A stretch of DNA of 64,000 nucleotides from Anaerolineales bacterium (lineage in GTDB: Bacteria; Chloroflexota; Anaerolineae; Anaerolineales; UBA11579). The stretch spans positions 93,263 to 157,262 of the forward strand of contig JASFQL010000004.1 of the NCBI GenBank assembly GCA_050115475.1, written 5' to 3'. Shown here piece by piece: positions 26,510 through 37,283 of this stretch. The translations under genes were made by a program, and so were the position numbers. The notes under the pieces were generated by a model. The model did no database searches. It worked only from the letters and a program-made list of their open reading frames with translations, and was not told where the DNA came from. The number at the start of each line of letters is the position of its first letter. Position 1 is the stretch's first letter.

Positions 26510-27151
26510 ATGTTTAAGGATATGCGTGATCGTAGAGAACAAGAAGAAAATATGCAAGCAGAGGGGCGGCTACCACCGGGCCAATCGCTGACGCAACGGT
26601 TCCCCGTCTTACATTACGGCCCCGTGCCGAAATTCAATCCAAGCACGTGGAACCTGCACGTATGGGGTGAGGTCGAGGAAGAGGTGCGGTGGAATTGGGA
26701 TGAGTTCAACAAACTCCCGCGCAAGAAGGTGACGATGGATATCCACTGTGTGACCCGGTGGAGCAAGTTCGACACAGAATGGGAAGGGGTTTCACTGAAG
26801 ACGTTGGTGGATGAAGGCTTCATCAAGCTGAAGCCTACGGCGAAATTCCTCATCCAACACGCTGAGTACGGCTACACGTCCAATTTACCGCTGGAGGTGG
26901 GTTTGGCCGATAATTTCCTCCTGGCGACCCATTTCAACGGCGAACCACTGGAACCGGACCACGGCTATCCTCTGCGGGGGATCGTCGGCGTGCTCCCAGG
27001 TGAAAAAGACCTGATGACCCCTTATTTTTGGAAAGGCGCTAAATGGCTGCGGGGGCTGGAATTTACAAGCGGCGATAAACCCGGATTCTGGGAACAAGCG
27101 GGCTATCACAATGAAGCCGATATCTGGAAAGAACAACGTTTCGGACGTTGA
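26510..27151 (+). CDS. Sulfite oxidase-like molybdopterin-binding oxidoreductase
   Basis: RLPPGQ, DIHCVTRWS, HGYPLR, YFWKGAKW and GFWEQAGYH motifs. Confidence 0.9.
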   Translation: MFKDMRDRREQEENMQAEGRLPPGQSLTQRFPVLHYGPVPKFNPSTWNLHVWGEVEEEVRWNWDEFNKLPRKKVTMDIHCVTRWSKFDTEWEGVSLKTLVDEGFIKLKPTAKFLIQHAEYGYTSNLPLEVGLADNFLLATHFNGEPLEPDHGYPLRGIVGVLPGEKDLMTPYFWKGAKWLRGLEFTSGDKPGFWEQAGYHNEADIWKEQRFGR

Positions 27152-28134
27152 AGAATACGATAGGAGGAAGGAAAGCTGACAGGGGAAAACGAATAGATTA
27201 TCCAGCATCCAGTGTACCTGCGTCGATTGTGAACATTGTGTTGAAACGTTCGCTTTTGTATTTGTATCTTTGCCTGGCCTTAGGTTTGGGTGCATGCGGC
27301 GCGGTCACCGGCGTTGAGGAGACTTTGAGCGTTGAAACAAAAACGCCATTTGTAACAATGCCTGCCCCGACTGCAACGGTCCCTAGCAACACAGCGACGA
27401 GCAGCCCGACCCCAACGACGTTATCCTGCTGGGGGGAAGGCGGCAGTATCGTCCAGGGAGAGATCGAGAGCGAGCTGGTGGTCAACCCTTTTGCATTCCT
27501 GGTCTATCTCCCACCGTGCTACGAGCAGGAGCAAGATCGGTATTATCCGGTGCTGTACCTCATTCACGGGCAGAGCTTCAACCAGGACCAATGGGACAGG
27601 CTGGGAGCAGATGAGGTCAGCGATGCCTTGATCGCCGACGGAGAGGTTCCCCCATTCATCATCGTTATGCCGCAGGTGGTCGATTGGGCCGAGCCACCAG
27701 AGGTGAAGTTTGGGCAGGCAGTGGTCGAAGAACTGGTACCCTACATCGACGCGACCTACCGCACGATCCCGGAGCGGGAATACCGGGCGGTGGGGGGGCT
27801 ATCACGCGGGGCGGGATGGGCACTGCATTTAGGCTTACGCTATTGGGAGATGTTCAGCGCTTTTGGGGGACACAGCCTGCCGATATTTTGGAGCGATTCG
27901 AAGAAGGTGCGCGGCTGGCTGGCGGATATCCCAGAAGAGTCATTCCCGCGCATCTACGTCGACATAGCCACTCAAGACCTGGACGGAGTCAGAAGCTCGA
28001 CGAACTGGTTCATCGGTGTGCTCGAGGGCGAGGGATATCCACACGAATTCTACGTGTTCCCGGGGATACACGATGAGGAATACTGGGGCGATCACGTGGA
28101 GGAATACATCCGATTCTACACGGAAGAATGGTGA
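27148..28134 (+). CDS. Alpha/beta-hydrolase esterase, probable lipoprotein (true start probably downstream)
   Basis: LGAC lipobox, Thr/Pro linker, YPVLYLIHG, GLSRG nucleophile, GIHD. Confidence 0.85.
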   Translation: MKNTIGGRKADRGKRIDYPASSVPASIVNIVLKRSLLYLYLCLALGLGACGAVTGVEETLSVETKTPFVTMPAPTATVPSNTATSSPTPTTLSCWGEGGSIVQGEIESELVVNPFAFLVYLPPCYEQEQDRYYPVLYLIHGQSFNQDQWDRLGADEVSDALIADGEVPPFIIVMPQVVDWAEPPEVKFGQAVVEELVPYIDATYRTIPEREYRAVGGLSRGAGWALHLGLRYWEMFSAFGGHSLPIFWSDSKKVRGWLADIPEESFPRIYVDIATQDLDGVRSSTNWFIGVLEGEGYPHEFYVFPGIHDEEYWGDHVEEYIRFYTEEW

Positions 28135-28205
28135 CGGCTCCAATGATTATGTCTATCGATAAAACCGATTTGATAGAATATTCTCGATGATGGAGGATCA
28201 ATGCA

Positions 28206-29906
28206 ATGAAATCACCCCCTAACAACGCTTTAGATGCTTTGGATTGGCCCTGGGAAAAGTACGAGCCTTACTTTGAAGAGTTAGCTGAAAGGAAACTGGA
28301 TTCTGACAAGCTGAAGGACTGGATGCTGGATTGGAGCCACATGGAGAAGCTGCTCAACGAGGTAGAGCACAGACTGTGGGTGGCGACAACGGTGAACACG
28401 ACCGATAAAAAAGCGGCGGAGATGTACCACACTTTTCTCGATAAGGTCTATCCACCCGCCAAAACCGCAGGACAGAAGCTGAAAGAGAAATTGCTGGACA
28501 GCGGTCTGGAACCGGAGAATTTCGCCGTGCAACTGCGGGAGATGCGCACACAAGCCGACCTGTACCGGGAGGAGAATTTGCCCCTACTCTCGGAAGATAA
28601 AAAAATGGATACGGTGTACGACAAGATCGTGGGAGACCAGACGGTCGAGTGGGAGGGGAAAGACATCACCCTGATAAAGCTGCATCTCGTCCAGCAGGAC
28701 CAGGACAGGGAGAAGCGTGAAAAATCCTGGCGTTTGGCGATGGAACGGTGGCAGCAAGACCGCCAGGCTATCGACGAGCTGTGGGTCAAATTCATGAACG
28801 TGCGCGGGCAGATCGCCCGCAACGCGGGCTACGACAGCTACCGGGACTACCGGTGGCGGGAGATGCTGCGGCTAGACTTTACGCCGGAGGACTGCCTCAG
28901 GTTCGATGAGTCTATCGAAAAAGCGGCCGTGCCGGCAGCGTTGCGCGCCTACGAGAGACGAAAGGAGCGCCTCGGGTTGGACAGGCTGCGACCCTGGGAC
29001 CTGTACGTGGATCCCCTCAAACGAGAACCGCTGCGCCCCTACAAGGAACTCACGGAGTTGATCGATAAATGTTCGACCATCCTTCACAAAGTCGACCCGG
29101 AATTGGGTGGGTATTTCGATATCATGCGAGAAGAGGGTTTATTGGACCTGGAGAACCGAAAGGGGAAAGGGCCAAGCGCTTACTGCATCGAATACCAATT
29201 AGCCAAACGCCCCTTCATTTTCATGAACGCCGTGGGCCTGCACGAAGACGTGCAAACACTCTTGCACGAATCCGGGCATGCGTTCCACGTATTCGAGGCC
29301 AGCCACCTGCCCTACTTCCACCAATTAATCTACGGCTTCGAGATCGCCGAAGTGGCTTCTACATCCATGGAGCTGCTGACCGCGCCTTATCTGTTAGAAG
29401 ATGAAGGGGGATTCTACTCAATGAAAGAAGCCGCCCGGGCGCGCATCGAGCACCTAGAAGAGTATCTCTTGTTCTGGCCTTACATGGCGGTGGTGGATTC
29501 TTTCCAGCATTGGGTATACGAGAACCACGAAGCGGCCAGCGACCCGGCCAACTGCGATGCGCATTGGACCACGCTGTGGGACCGCTATATGAAAGGGGTG
29601 GACTGGAGCGGCCTTGAAGTGGAAAAGGCCAGCGGTTGGCACCGCAAGCTGCACATCTTCGAGGACCCCTTCTACTACGTTGACTACGGCCTGGCACAGT
29701 TGGGGGCCGTGCAGGTGTGGGCCAATTCATTGAGGGACCAGGCGGAAGCAGTCAGGAAATACCGGAGCGGGCTGGCACTTGGGGCCACCAGACCCTTGCC
29801 GGAGTTGTTCGAAGCGTGCGGCGCGAAGCTGGCTTTCGACGCCGAGACGCTTGGGGAAGTGGTCGGCTTGATCGAGCAGACGATCCAGGAATTGGAGATG
29901 ATCTAA
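28206..29906 (+). CDS. M3 family oligoendopeptidase (PepF-like)
   Basis: LLHESGHAFH, EIAEVAS and PFYYVDY motifs. Confidence 0.93.
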   Translation: MKSPPNNALDALDWPWEKYEPYFEELAERKLDSDKLKDWMLDWSHMEKLLNEVEHRLWVATTVNTTDKKAAEMYHTFLDKVYPPAKTAGQKLKEKLLDSGLEPENFAVQLREMRTQADLYREENLPLLSEDKKMDTVYDKIVGDQTVEWEGKDITLIKLHLVQQDQDREKREKSWRLAMERWQQDRQAIDELWVKFMNVRGQIARNAGYDSYRDYRWREMLRLDFTPEDCLRFDESIEKAAVPAALRAYERRKERLGLDRLRPWDLYVDPLKREPLRPYKELTELIDKCSTILHKVDPELGGYFDIMREEGLLDLENRKGKGPSAYCIEYQLAKRPFIFMNAVGLHEDVQTLLHESGHAFHVFEASHLPYFHQLIYGFEIAEVASTSMELLTAPYLLEDEGGFYSMKEAARARIEHLEEYLLFWPYMAVVDSFQHWVYENHEAASDPANCDAHWTTLWDRYMKGVDWSGLEVEKASGWHRKLHIFEDPFYYVDYGLAQLGAVQVWANSLRDQAEAVRKYRSGLALGATRPLPELFEACGAKLAFDAETLGEVVGLIEQTIQELEMI

Positions 29907-29981
29907 ATCTGAGGGGAAATATCAAGGCTGCTTGTTCACATCCTGGTAAAATAGTGTTCCCGGAAAGGTACGGGCACAAAT

Positions 29982-30572
29982 ATGTTCCATGAAATCCCCC
30001 AACCTGTATTAAATCAAATGAAAGCCCTGGAAGAGATAGATGCCAAGGACAGGCAGGACGGCACCCCGCACCTGGAGCAGTTGAGACAGATCCCGCCGGA
30101 GACCGGCAAATTCCTGGCCATCCTGGCAGCGAACACGCCCAAGGGCGCCTGGCTGGAAATCGGCACCAGCGGGGGATATTCGGCTTTGTGGATCGCGCAG
30201 GCCGCTAATTTATGCGGGACGAAACTAATCACTTACGAGCTGCTGCCGGATAAGGCGTCGCTTGCCAAAAAGACTTTCAAGAAAGCCAAGGTCGACGAGT
30301 TGGTGGAGTTCGTCCATGGGGATGCACGCGGACACGTGAAAGATTACGGCGAAGTGGCTTTTTGCTTCCTCGATGCGGAAAGAGAAATGTTTCTCGAATT
30401 CTACGAACTCATTGTCCCAAACCTCGTGTCAGGCGGGATTCTGGCAGCAGATAACGTCGTCAGCCACAGAGAGGAACTTGCGGAATTCATCACCATGGCT
30501 GAAGAAGACGCCACGGTAGATTCGGTGATTGTCCCGATCGGCAAAGGGCTTTTGGTGTGCAGGAAATTGTGA
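29982..30572 (+). CDS. O-methyltransferase
   Basis: LEIGTSGGYS, FLDAE and ADNV motifs. Confidence 0.88.
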   Translation: MFHEIPQPVLNQMKALEEIDAKDRQDGTPHLEQLRQIPPETGKFLAILAANTPKGAWLEIGTSGGYSALWIAQAANLCGTKLITYELLPDKASLAKKTFKKAKVDELVEFVHGDARGHVKDYGEVAFCFLDAEREMFLEFYELIVPNLVSGGILAADNVVSHREELAEFITMAEEDATVDSVIVPIGKGLLVCRKL

Positions 30573-30647
30573 TCATTTAAGTTTATGTGCCGTTTCGAAG
30601 ACATCCCTGATTAAGCTGGTTCAGGACGGCACACTCTGGAGAAGGCG

Positions 30648-31667
30648 TTGGCGAGAGAGACCCTAAAAATCATCATCCCCATGGCGGGATTCGGCACACG
30701 TTTACGACCCCTCACCTGGAGCAAACCAAAACCATTGATCAATGTGGCCGGGAAGACAGTACTCAGCCACGTGTTGAACGTCCTGTCTACAGCAACCGAC
30801 ATGGAGGACAGCGAGATTGTGTTCATCGTCGGCTACCTGGGCGACCAGGTGAGAGAGTATATGGCGGAGGAATATCCCCGGGTAAAGACTTCTTATTACA
30901 TCCAGGAGGAGATGCTGGGGCAATCCCATGCTATCTCGCTGGCACGTGAACACCTCCAAGGCCAAACCTTGATCCTCTTCGTGGATACGATTGTCGATGA
31001 GGATATGTCTTTCTTGAAGGACGGGAAGGAAGATGCCGTGATCTGGGTGAAGCGCGTGGAAGACCCACGACGTTTCGGTGTGGTGGAGGTAGGAAAAGAC
31101 GGCTACGTAAAGAGTCTGATCGAAAAACCCGAAACGATGGAGAACGATCTGGCTGTTGTGGGTATCTACTACTTTGCAGAGGGGGAAGATCTGCTGGCGG
31201 CCATCGATAAACAAATAAGCGAAGGCATCATTAAGAAGGGGGAATATTTCATCGCCGATGCTATCAGCATCATGCTGGGTGATGGGTTGAAGCTTTACCC
31301 CAAAGTGGTCGACGTTTGGCTGGATGCAGGCCTCCCTGAAACGGTTTTATCTACCAACAAATACCTGCTTGAAAACGGGCGGGACAACACAGAAGAGGTA
31401 AGCGGGTGGGAAGGCGTGCACATACACCCTCCCGTGTATATCCACGCCAGCGCCGAGATCGCCGATTCGGAAATCGGCCCACACGTTTCGATCGGGCCGG
31501 AATGTATCGTAGCGGGCAGCAGGATCGTCGATTCGGTCCTGGATATCGGCGCGCACGTAATCGATTCCGACCTGCGTGAATCGTTGATCGGCGCGTGCGC
31601 GAAAATTAGAGGTGTAAAGGGTATAATTAACGTTGGCGATGATTCCGAGGTTAGAGGAAGTGCCTGA
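30648..31667 (+). CDS. Sugar-phosphate nucleotidyltransferase with left-handed beta-helix tail
   Basis: PMAGFGTRLRP..KPKPL, EKP, WLDAG; hexapeptide C-terminus. Confidence 0.9.
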   Translation: MARETLKIIIPMAGFGTRLRPLTWSKPKPLINVAGKTVLSHVLNVLSTATDMEDSEIVFIVGYLGDQVREYMAEEYPRVKTSYYIQEEMLGQSHAISLAREHLQGQTLILFVDTIVDEDMSFLKDGKEDAVIWVKRVEDPRRFGVVEVGKDGYVKSLIEKPETMENDLAVVGIYYFAEGEDLLAAIDKQISEGIIKKGEYFIADAISIMLGDGLKLYPKVVDVWLDAGLPETVLSTNKYLLENGRDNTEEVSGWEGVHIHPPVYIHASAEIADSEIGPHVSIGPECIVAGSRIVDSVLDIGAHVIDSDLRESLIGACAKIRGVKGIINVGDDSEVRGSA

Positions 31668-31884
31668 CGAAGCTGCGGCTGGGGTAGTGTGTTACTCCGG
31701 GCACAGGTATGCCCAGCGGCCGCTTGCTATCATATGGGGGGAAGAACGCCTCGAAGTTACAGCAGTCGAGGCTGAGTGGCACACAGTTGAAGGAAAAAGA
31801 TTTTTGGTGAGAACCGCAGATGGGCGCAGATTCGCGCTGTCTTATTCCGCGGAGAAAGATGAATGGGGGGTAGAGACTCGCTAA
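31660..31884 (+). CDS. Small conserved hypothetical protein
   Basis: GTG overlapping the upstream gene; CYSG..YAQRP...W...F.V...DG..F.L.Y....DEW pattern. Confidence 0.6.
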   Translation: MPDEAAAGVVCYSGHRYAQRPLAIIWGEERLEVTAVEAEWHTVEGKRFLVRTADGRRFALSYSAEKDEWGVETR

Positions 31885-31913
31885 TTGACAAACCACGATA
31901 AGGAGAAACGTGA

Positions 31914-33026
31914 ATGAAGGTTGGCGTACCCAAAGAGATCAAAGATAATGAATATCGAGTAGCTTTACCACCGGGCGCTGTGAATGCGCTGTCCATCCGG
32001 GGGCACCAGGTGTACGTGCAGGCCGGTGCGGGCATGGGGAGCGGGTTCCCAGACGAGGAATATAAAAGCTGCGGCGGGAAAATCCTGAGAACAGCCGCAG
32101 ACGTGTGGGGTGAATCAGACATGATTGTAAAGGTAAAGGAGCCGCGGCCGAAGGAATATGAATTCCTGCGGGAAGACCAGATGCTTTTCACTTATCTGCA
32201 CCTGGCTGCCGAGCCGGAGCTGACCCAAGAGTTGATCAAGCGTAAAGTCCCTTCGGTGGCGTACGAGACGGTGGAGCTGGCAGACGGCTCTTTACCTTTG
32301 CTGACTCCCATGAGTGAAGTCGCCGGCCGGATGTCCATCCAGGTGGGGGCGCATTATCTGGAACGAGCCAACGGGGGTGTGGGGAAGCTGCTCGGCGGCG
32401 TCCCTGGAGTCAGGCCAGCGCACGTCGTCATCGTCGGCGGGGGCGTGGTGGGCACGAACGCGGCCAAGATCGCCCTCGGGATGGGCGCGCAAGTGACGGT
32501 GTTGGACATCAACATCGAACGACTACGCTATCTGGACGACGTTCTGCACGGCCTGTTTTTCACCGTGGCATCCAACCCGGTGAATATCGCGGATGCGACC
32601 CGCGTGGCCGACGTCCTCATCGGTGCGGTCTTGATCCCCGGGGCGCGGGCCCCAAGACTGGTCGTACGGGAAATGATCAGCAACATGAAACCGGGCAGCG
32701 TGGTTGTGGACGTCGCCGTCGACCAGGGCGGTTGTGTCGAGACGATCAAGCCCACCTCACACAGCGACCCTATCTACATCGTGGACGACGTGGTCCATTA
32801 TGGGGTGACGAATATGCCCGGAGCGGTGCCGCGCACGTCGACCTATGCATTATCCAACGCCACGCTACCCTACGCCATCCAGCTTGCCGATAAGGGGCTG
32901 GTCGAGGCTGCCAGAGGCGACCCAGCCCTGGCGCTGGGCGTCAACACCTATCAAGGCCACGTCACCTATCATGCCGTGGCCGAGGCGTTCGACCTCGATT
33001 GTTCAGATTTGAACTCGCTTCTTTAG
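31914..33026 (+). CDS. ald: Alanine dehydrogenase
   Basis: [39 protein letters not shown] and NMPGAVP motifs. Confidence 0.97.
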   Translation: MKVGVPKEIKDNEYRVALPPGAVNALSIRGHQVYVQAGAGMGSGFPDEEYKSCGGKILRTAADVWGESDMIVKVKEPRPKEYEFLREDQMLFTYLHLAAEPELTQELIKRKVPSVAYETVELADGSLPLLTPMSEVAGRMSIQVGAHYLERANGGVGKLLGGVPGVRPAHVVIVGGGVVGTNAAKIALGMGAQVTVLDINIERLRYLDDVLHGLFFTVASNPVNIADATRVADVLIGAVLIPGARAPRLVVREMISNMKPGSVVVDVAVDQGGCVETIKPTSHSDPIYIVDDVVHYGVTNMPGAVPRTSTYALSNATLPYAIQLADKGLVEAARGDPALALGVNTYQGHVTYHAVAEAFDLDCSDLNSLL

Positions 33027-33051
33027 CGTTTGAAAAGAAAGGTAAGAATTC

Positions 33052-33076
33052 TCAGGCTGGTCACCGACCAGCCTGA
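33052..33076 (+). terminator. Hairpin after ald (possible terminator)
   Basis: TCAGGCTGGTC-ACC-GACCAGCCTGA; weak U-tract. Confidence 0.5.
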
Positions 33077-33159
33077 AACTTTCTGAACTGCAAGGAGAAA
33101 CTCTTCTCTCCTTTTGATAGAATCAGATTGACCGACATGATGGTCGATGTCTTGAGAAT

Positions 33160-33272
33160 CAGGTAACTAACCGTTTGTTTATAGAATTGAAATTAGCGCT
33201 ATATTCGGTTAGTTAATCAGTGAATGTGCGAAGGGCGTGAAATGAAAAGTCAAAATATTTTCGCACATTCAC
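33160..33272. repeat. Dispersed ~112-bp double-hairpin repeat, copy 2
   Basis: Perfect inverted repeats TAACTAACCG/CGGTTAGTTA and GTGAATGTGCGAA/TTCGCACATTCAC. Confidence 0.85.
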
Positions 33273-33335
33273 ATAGGATAATATCGGTGAAAATTTCATG
33301 GCCCGCGGTTGACCGGGAAGTGATTTTGGAGGTAC

Positions 33336-34889
33336 ATGATGAAAGAGTGGTCGAATACACGTAAATGGTTGACCTGTGGGGCCTTGGTGTTGGTATCAGG
33401 ATGTATTGGCGCCGTGGTGGCGCTGGGCGGGGTGACGGCGCTGCTTGCCTATTTGGGGCTAACGATGGAGGAGACAGCCACCCCTGATACGGCTTATAAC
33501 CCCCTCATCACCGACGCACCGGCTGTATCCATGGAACTGCCTGAGCCGCCCAGCGAGCAACCACTGTACCGAGCTGTGGTGCAGATCGTGACTTTTTATA
33601 CTGAGAACAACGACCTGGAAATTGGATGGACAGGCTCCGGATCGATCATCACGCCAGATGGGTTTATCCTTACCAACGCCCACGTGGTCCTGCCAGATAA
33701 ATATTTCCCCGTCGACGCGCTGGGCGTATCCATCACCGAAAGGGAAGACCAAGCCCCGGTACTAACGTATTATGCGGAAGTGGTTCAGGCGGAAGAGTCT
33801 TTGGATATCGCCGTCATCCGGATCACGAGAGACATCGACGGCAATCCGGTCGATCCCGCCAACCTCGATCTCCCTTACGTTGCCATGGGCGATGCGGATG
33901 AACTCCATCTGGGGGACTCCATTACCATCCTGGGATACCCGGGGATCGGAGGCGAAACGGTCACGCTGACACGGGGGGAGGTGAGCGGGTTCACCTCCGA
34001 GCAAGGACGGGGCGACAGGGCTTTCATCAAAACCTCGGCAACCATCGCAGGCGGGAACAGCGGCGGCTTAGCGGCGGATGGAGAGGGGAAACTCATCGGT
34101 ATCCCCACCCAGTTGGGCTACGGCGGGGAAGACCAGTTCGTCGACTGCCGAACATTGGCCGACACCAACCGGGACGGTGTGGTGGACGACCGGGACAGCT
34201 GTGTCCCGACGGGCGGGTTCATCAACGCCCTGCGGCCGATCAACCTGGCCCTCCCCATGATCGAAGCAGCGAGACAAGGGCATGTATCTGTGGCGGAGAA
34301 CCCGCCCGCGCTGCCGGACGAGGATATCCCCGACCAGGGATCGGTTCTGTATCAAGACGATTTCTCCAACCCGAACTCAGGCTGGCCAGAGGGTGAGGAT
34401 GACGAAGTATCGCACGGATACGTTAGCGGAGAATATCATATCGAAGTAGATGTGAATGATACCTTTACCTGGGCTACTTCGTATGATTCTTACGGTGATG
34501 TCATCATAGACGTAGATACGCGCGTGGTCACATCCTCGGGAGATGGCGATTATGGGATCGTCTGCCGCTACCAAGACCGGGATAATTTCTATGGGCTGGA
34601 GGTTTCGGAAGACGATTACATCACCATCTGGAAGTTCGTGGAGGGCGAGTATTTCTCTTTGATAGATTGGGTGTATTCGGACTACATCGCCAAGATCGGA
34701 GAAGACCTGCACATCACGGCAGGCTGTGTCGGGGATAAACTTACCCTGGCAGTCAACGGCGCTCTCCTAGCGGAGGCGCGTGATTCCGATCTGTCAACCG
34801 GTGACGTTGGGATCGTGGTGGGGACTTATGAAAATCCCGGCGTTGTGGTTGGGTTCGACAACTTCAAGGTCAGCTCTCCCAGTCCTTAG
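33336..34889 (+). CDS. Membrane-anchored trypsin-like (S1) serine protease with C-terminal beta-sandwich domain
   Basis: TNAHV, DIAV and GGNSGG triad; C-terminal YQDDFSNPNSGW...FDNF ConA-like domain. Confidence 0.88.
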   Translation: MMKEWSNTRKWLTCGALVLVSGCIGAVVALGGVTALLAYLGLTMEETATPDTAYNPLITDAPAVSMELPEPPSEQPLYRAVVQIVTFYTENNDLEIGWTGSGSIITPDGFILTNAHVVLPDKYFPVDALGVSITEREDQAPVLTYYAEVVQAEESLDIAVIRITRDIDGNPVDPANLDLPYVAMGDADELHLGDSITILGYPGIGGETVTLTRGEVSGFTSEQGRGDRAFIKTSATIAGGNSGGLAADGEGKLIGIPTQLGYGGEDQFVDCRTLADTNRDGVVDDRDSCVPTGGFINALRPINLALPMIEAARQGHVSVAENPPALPDEDIPDQGSVLYQDDFSNPNSGWPEGEDDEVSHGYVSGEYHIEVDVNDTFTWATSYDSYGDVIIDVDTRVVTSSGDGDYGIVCRYQDRDNFYGLEVSEDDYITIWKFVEGEYFSLIDWVYSDYIAKIGEDLHITAGCVGDKLTLAVNGALLAEARDSDLSTGDVGIVVGTYENPGVVVGFDNFKVSSPSP

Positions 34890-35037
34890 CAGAAAGGGAC
34901 ATTTGACATGTGTTCAATGACACTTGACGGATGGTCTCATTTTGGTTATCGTATGGGATAGAATATAATAAACGAGACGGATATTATGAATGGGATGAAA
35001 TGTCCCCAGTGTCAGGATATTTATTTGTCTTTACTAA

Positions 35038-35072
35038 GCGGGCACCGAACCGAGGTGCCCGTCTATTTTTTT
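35038..35072 (+). terminator. Intrinsic terminator upstream of gdhA
   Basis: GCGGGCACC-GAACCGA-GGTGCCCGT followed by CTA and T7. Confidence 0.7.
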
Positions 35073-35146
35073 AGGAAATCTAGTGGAGAAGGAAGCTTCT
35101 CCATTTTGATTTAAGAGAGAATAAAAAATCTCAAGAAATTTTAGTC

Positions 35147-36412
35147 ATGGAGGATAAAATGACAAAAGATGTTTTAAATCCATTTGAGATGGCACAAGCC
35201 CAACTCGATGAAGCGGCCAAGCATCTCGAATTGGAACCGGCGGTACACCAGCTACTCAGGCTGCCACTGCGCGAGCTGCACGTCACCCTACCCGTGAAGA
35301 TGGATGACGGAAGCACAAAAGTATTCCAGGGCTTCCGGGTGCAGTACAACGACGCCCGCGGGCCCACGAAAGGCGGTATCCGTTTCCACCCGGATGAGAC
35401 CATCGATACCGTAAGAGCTTTAGCTGCCTGGATGACCTGGAAATGCGCCGTCGTCGACATCCCCTTGGGCGGCGGGAAAGGCGGCATCATTTGCGACCCG
35501 CGCAAGCTATCTCAAGGTGAGCTCGAACGCTTAAGCCGGGCCTACATCCGGCAGGTGGGACGAATTATCGGCCTTGAAAAAGACGTCCCTGCGCCGGATG
35601 TGTATACGACCCCACAGATCATGGCCTGGATGGCGGACGAGTTCGCTTTCATGAAGGGCTATAATGAGTTCGGTGTCATCACCGGGAAACCGCTGCCTCT
35701 GGGCGGCTCTGCAGGACGCGGCGACGCAACCGCACGCGGCGGGATGTATACCCTGCGCGAATGGGCTAAAGTGGCAAAGTTCGACCTCAAAGGCGCCACC
35801 GTAGCCATCCAGGGCTACGGCAACGCCGGAACCTTCGCCCACAAGTTATCGGAAGAGATGTTCGGGGTGAAGGTGGTAGCAGTCTCCGACTCGCGCGGCG
35901 GTATCTACAGTGAAAAAGGGATGAAGTTCGACGAGGTCTATAAACACAAGGTGGATACCGGCAAGGTGGGCGGCTTCAAAGGCACGAAGGAGATCAGCAA
36001 CGAAGAACTGCTCGAGCTGGATGTGGACGTGCTGGTCCCTGCTGCACTAGAGGGTGTGATCAATAAAAACAACGCCGGGGACATCAAGGCCAAGGTCAGC
36101 GTGGAACTGGCGAACGGCCCAACGACCCCGGAGGCCGACCTCATCCTGCACAAGAAGGGATGTTACGTGATTCCAGACTTTTTGTGCAACGCCGGCGGCG
36201 TGACCGTCTCCTACTTCGAGATGGTGCAGAACGCCTACGATTATTATTGGGACGAGGATCTCGTCCACGAACGACTCGACAAGAAGATGACGGCCGCTTT
36301 CCACGCCGTACACGAGACCGCAGAGAAATACAAAGTCCACAACCGATTGGCAGCCTATCTGGTGTCTGTTGCCAGAGTGGCGGAGGCCGTCAAGCTGCGC
36401 GGCTGGGTATAA
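35147..36412 (+). CDS. gdhA: Glutamate dehydrogenase (Glu/Leu/Phe/Val dehydrogenase family)
   Basis: [34 protein letters not shown] and [11 protein letters not shown] motifs. Confidence 0.93.
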   Translation: MEDKMTKDVLNPFEMAQAQLDEAAKHLELEPAVHQLLRLPLRELHVTLPVKMDDGSTKVFQGFRVQYNDARGPTKGGIRFHPDETIDTVRALAAWMTWKCAVVDIPLGGGKGGIICDPRKLSQGELERLSRAYIRQVGRIIGLEKDVPAPDVYTTPQIMAWMADEFAFMKGYNEFGVITGKPLPLGGSAGRGDATARGGMYTLREWAKVAKFDLKGATVAIQGYGNAGTFAHKLSEEMFGVKVVAVSDSRGGIYSEKGMKFDEVYKHKVDTGKVGGFKGTKEISNEELLELDVDVLVPAALEGVINKNNAGDIKAKVSVELANGPTTPEADLILHKKGCYVIPDFLCNAGGVTVSYFEMVQNAYDYYWDEDLVHERLDKKMTAAFHAVHETAEKYKVHNRLAAYLVSVARVAEAVKLRGWV

Positions 36413-36432
36413 ACAGAAAAAACGTAGATATG

Positions 36433-36469
36433 AAAACAGGTCTCGGGACTACGGGGCCTGTTTTTATTT
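36433..36469 (+). terminator. Intrinsic terminator after gdhA
   Basis: AAAACAGGTCTCG...CGGGGCCTGTTTTT. Confidence 0.75.
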
Positions 36470-36619
36470 GAGAGGGATTTCTGATATGACTGTCCTGCCT
36501 TGTATCCTAACGGCGGGGGGATTTATAATGGGTTACAGCATGCATAGAAATCTTGATTGAAAACCAACGGGAGTACTGGCCTAAAAATATTTGGATCTAA
36601 TGCGTCAAATGGAGGGAAG

Positions 36620-37162
36620 ATGAAACAAAACAAAGAGATTTACCAATGGTCGAAAAAGGACAAGGGGATGCATTTGCTGCCCGCAATTCCGCTAGCCATT
36701 TTCAATCTAGGGACCATTTACTTGTTGGGAATCCATTCGATCAGTCTCATGGGTATTTATTTGTTGTTGTGGGTTGGGACCAATATTGCGATCGTCGGTA
36801 TTTGTGCCGGTTGTCCGTATCGGGGAGGCTACTGCCCGGGCGTCAGCCAGCTGTTCTTTGCGCCGTTTTTGGCGGCGTGGATCTATAAGGACAAAGATAG
36901 AAATCCTGGTGAAAGGTCGTTCAAAATCAATGTGGCGTTACTCGGCGTGTTTGGAGTAGGCAGCTATGTGTATGCTTTCTATTGGTTATATGTCTTGTAT
37001 TGGAATGAGATTGCCTGGGTTATCGCGATTTTGTTGGTTTGTTTGCTGATCCACATGCCGCTCTCATTTTTCATTCTGTGCCCCAAGTGCGGTTACAATG
37101 ACATTTGTCCGATGTCGAAAGTACAAAAGACATTCAAACCGGACGACGAAAAGGTTTTGTGA
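36620..37162 (+). CDS. Four-TM membrane protein with two Cys clusters
   Basis: CAGCPYRGGYC and CPKCGYNDICP, each after a TM pair; ATG after GGAGGG. Confidence 0.7.
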   Translation: MKQNKEIYQWSKKDKGMHLLPAIPLAIFNLGTIYLLGIHSISLMGIYLLLWVGTNIAIVGICAGCPYRGGYCPGVSQLFFAPFLAAWIYKDKDRNPGERSFKINVALLGVFGVGSYVYAFYWLYVLYWNEIAWVIAILLVCLLIHMPLSFFILCPKCGYNDICPMSKVQKTFKPDDEKVL

Positions 37163-37283
37163 GGATAACAATATATTTGAGTCATTCCTGATGGCAAGAA
37201 CCCTGTTTCATGGGTAACTGATTACCTGCGTATTTCCTATCGTATAATTGAGCCAGTTTCATAATTCTCAGGAGGATATGTGG

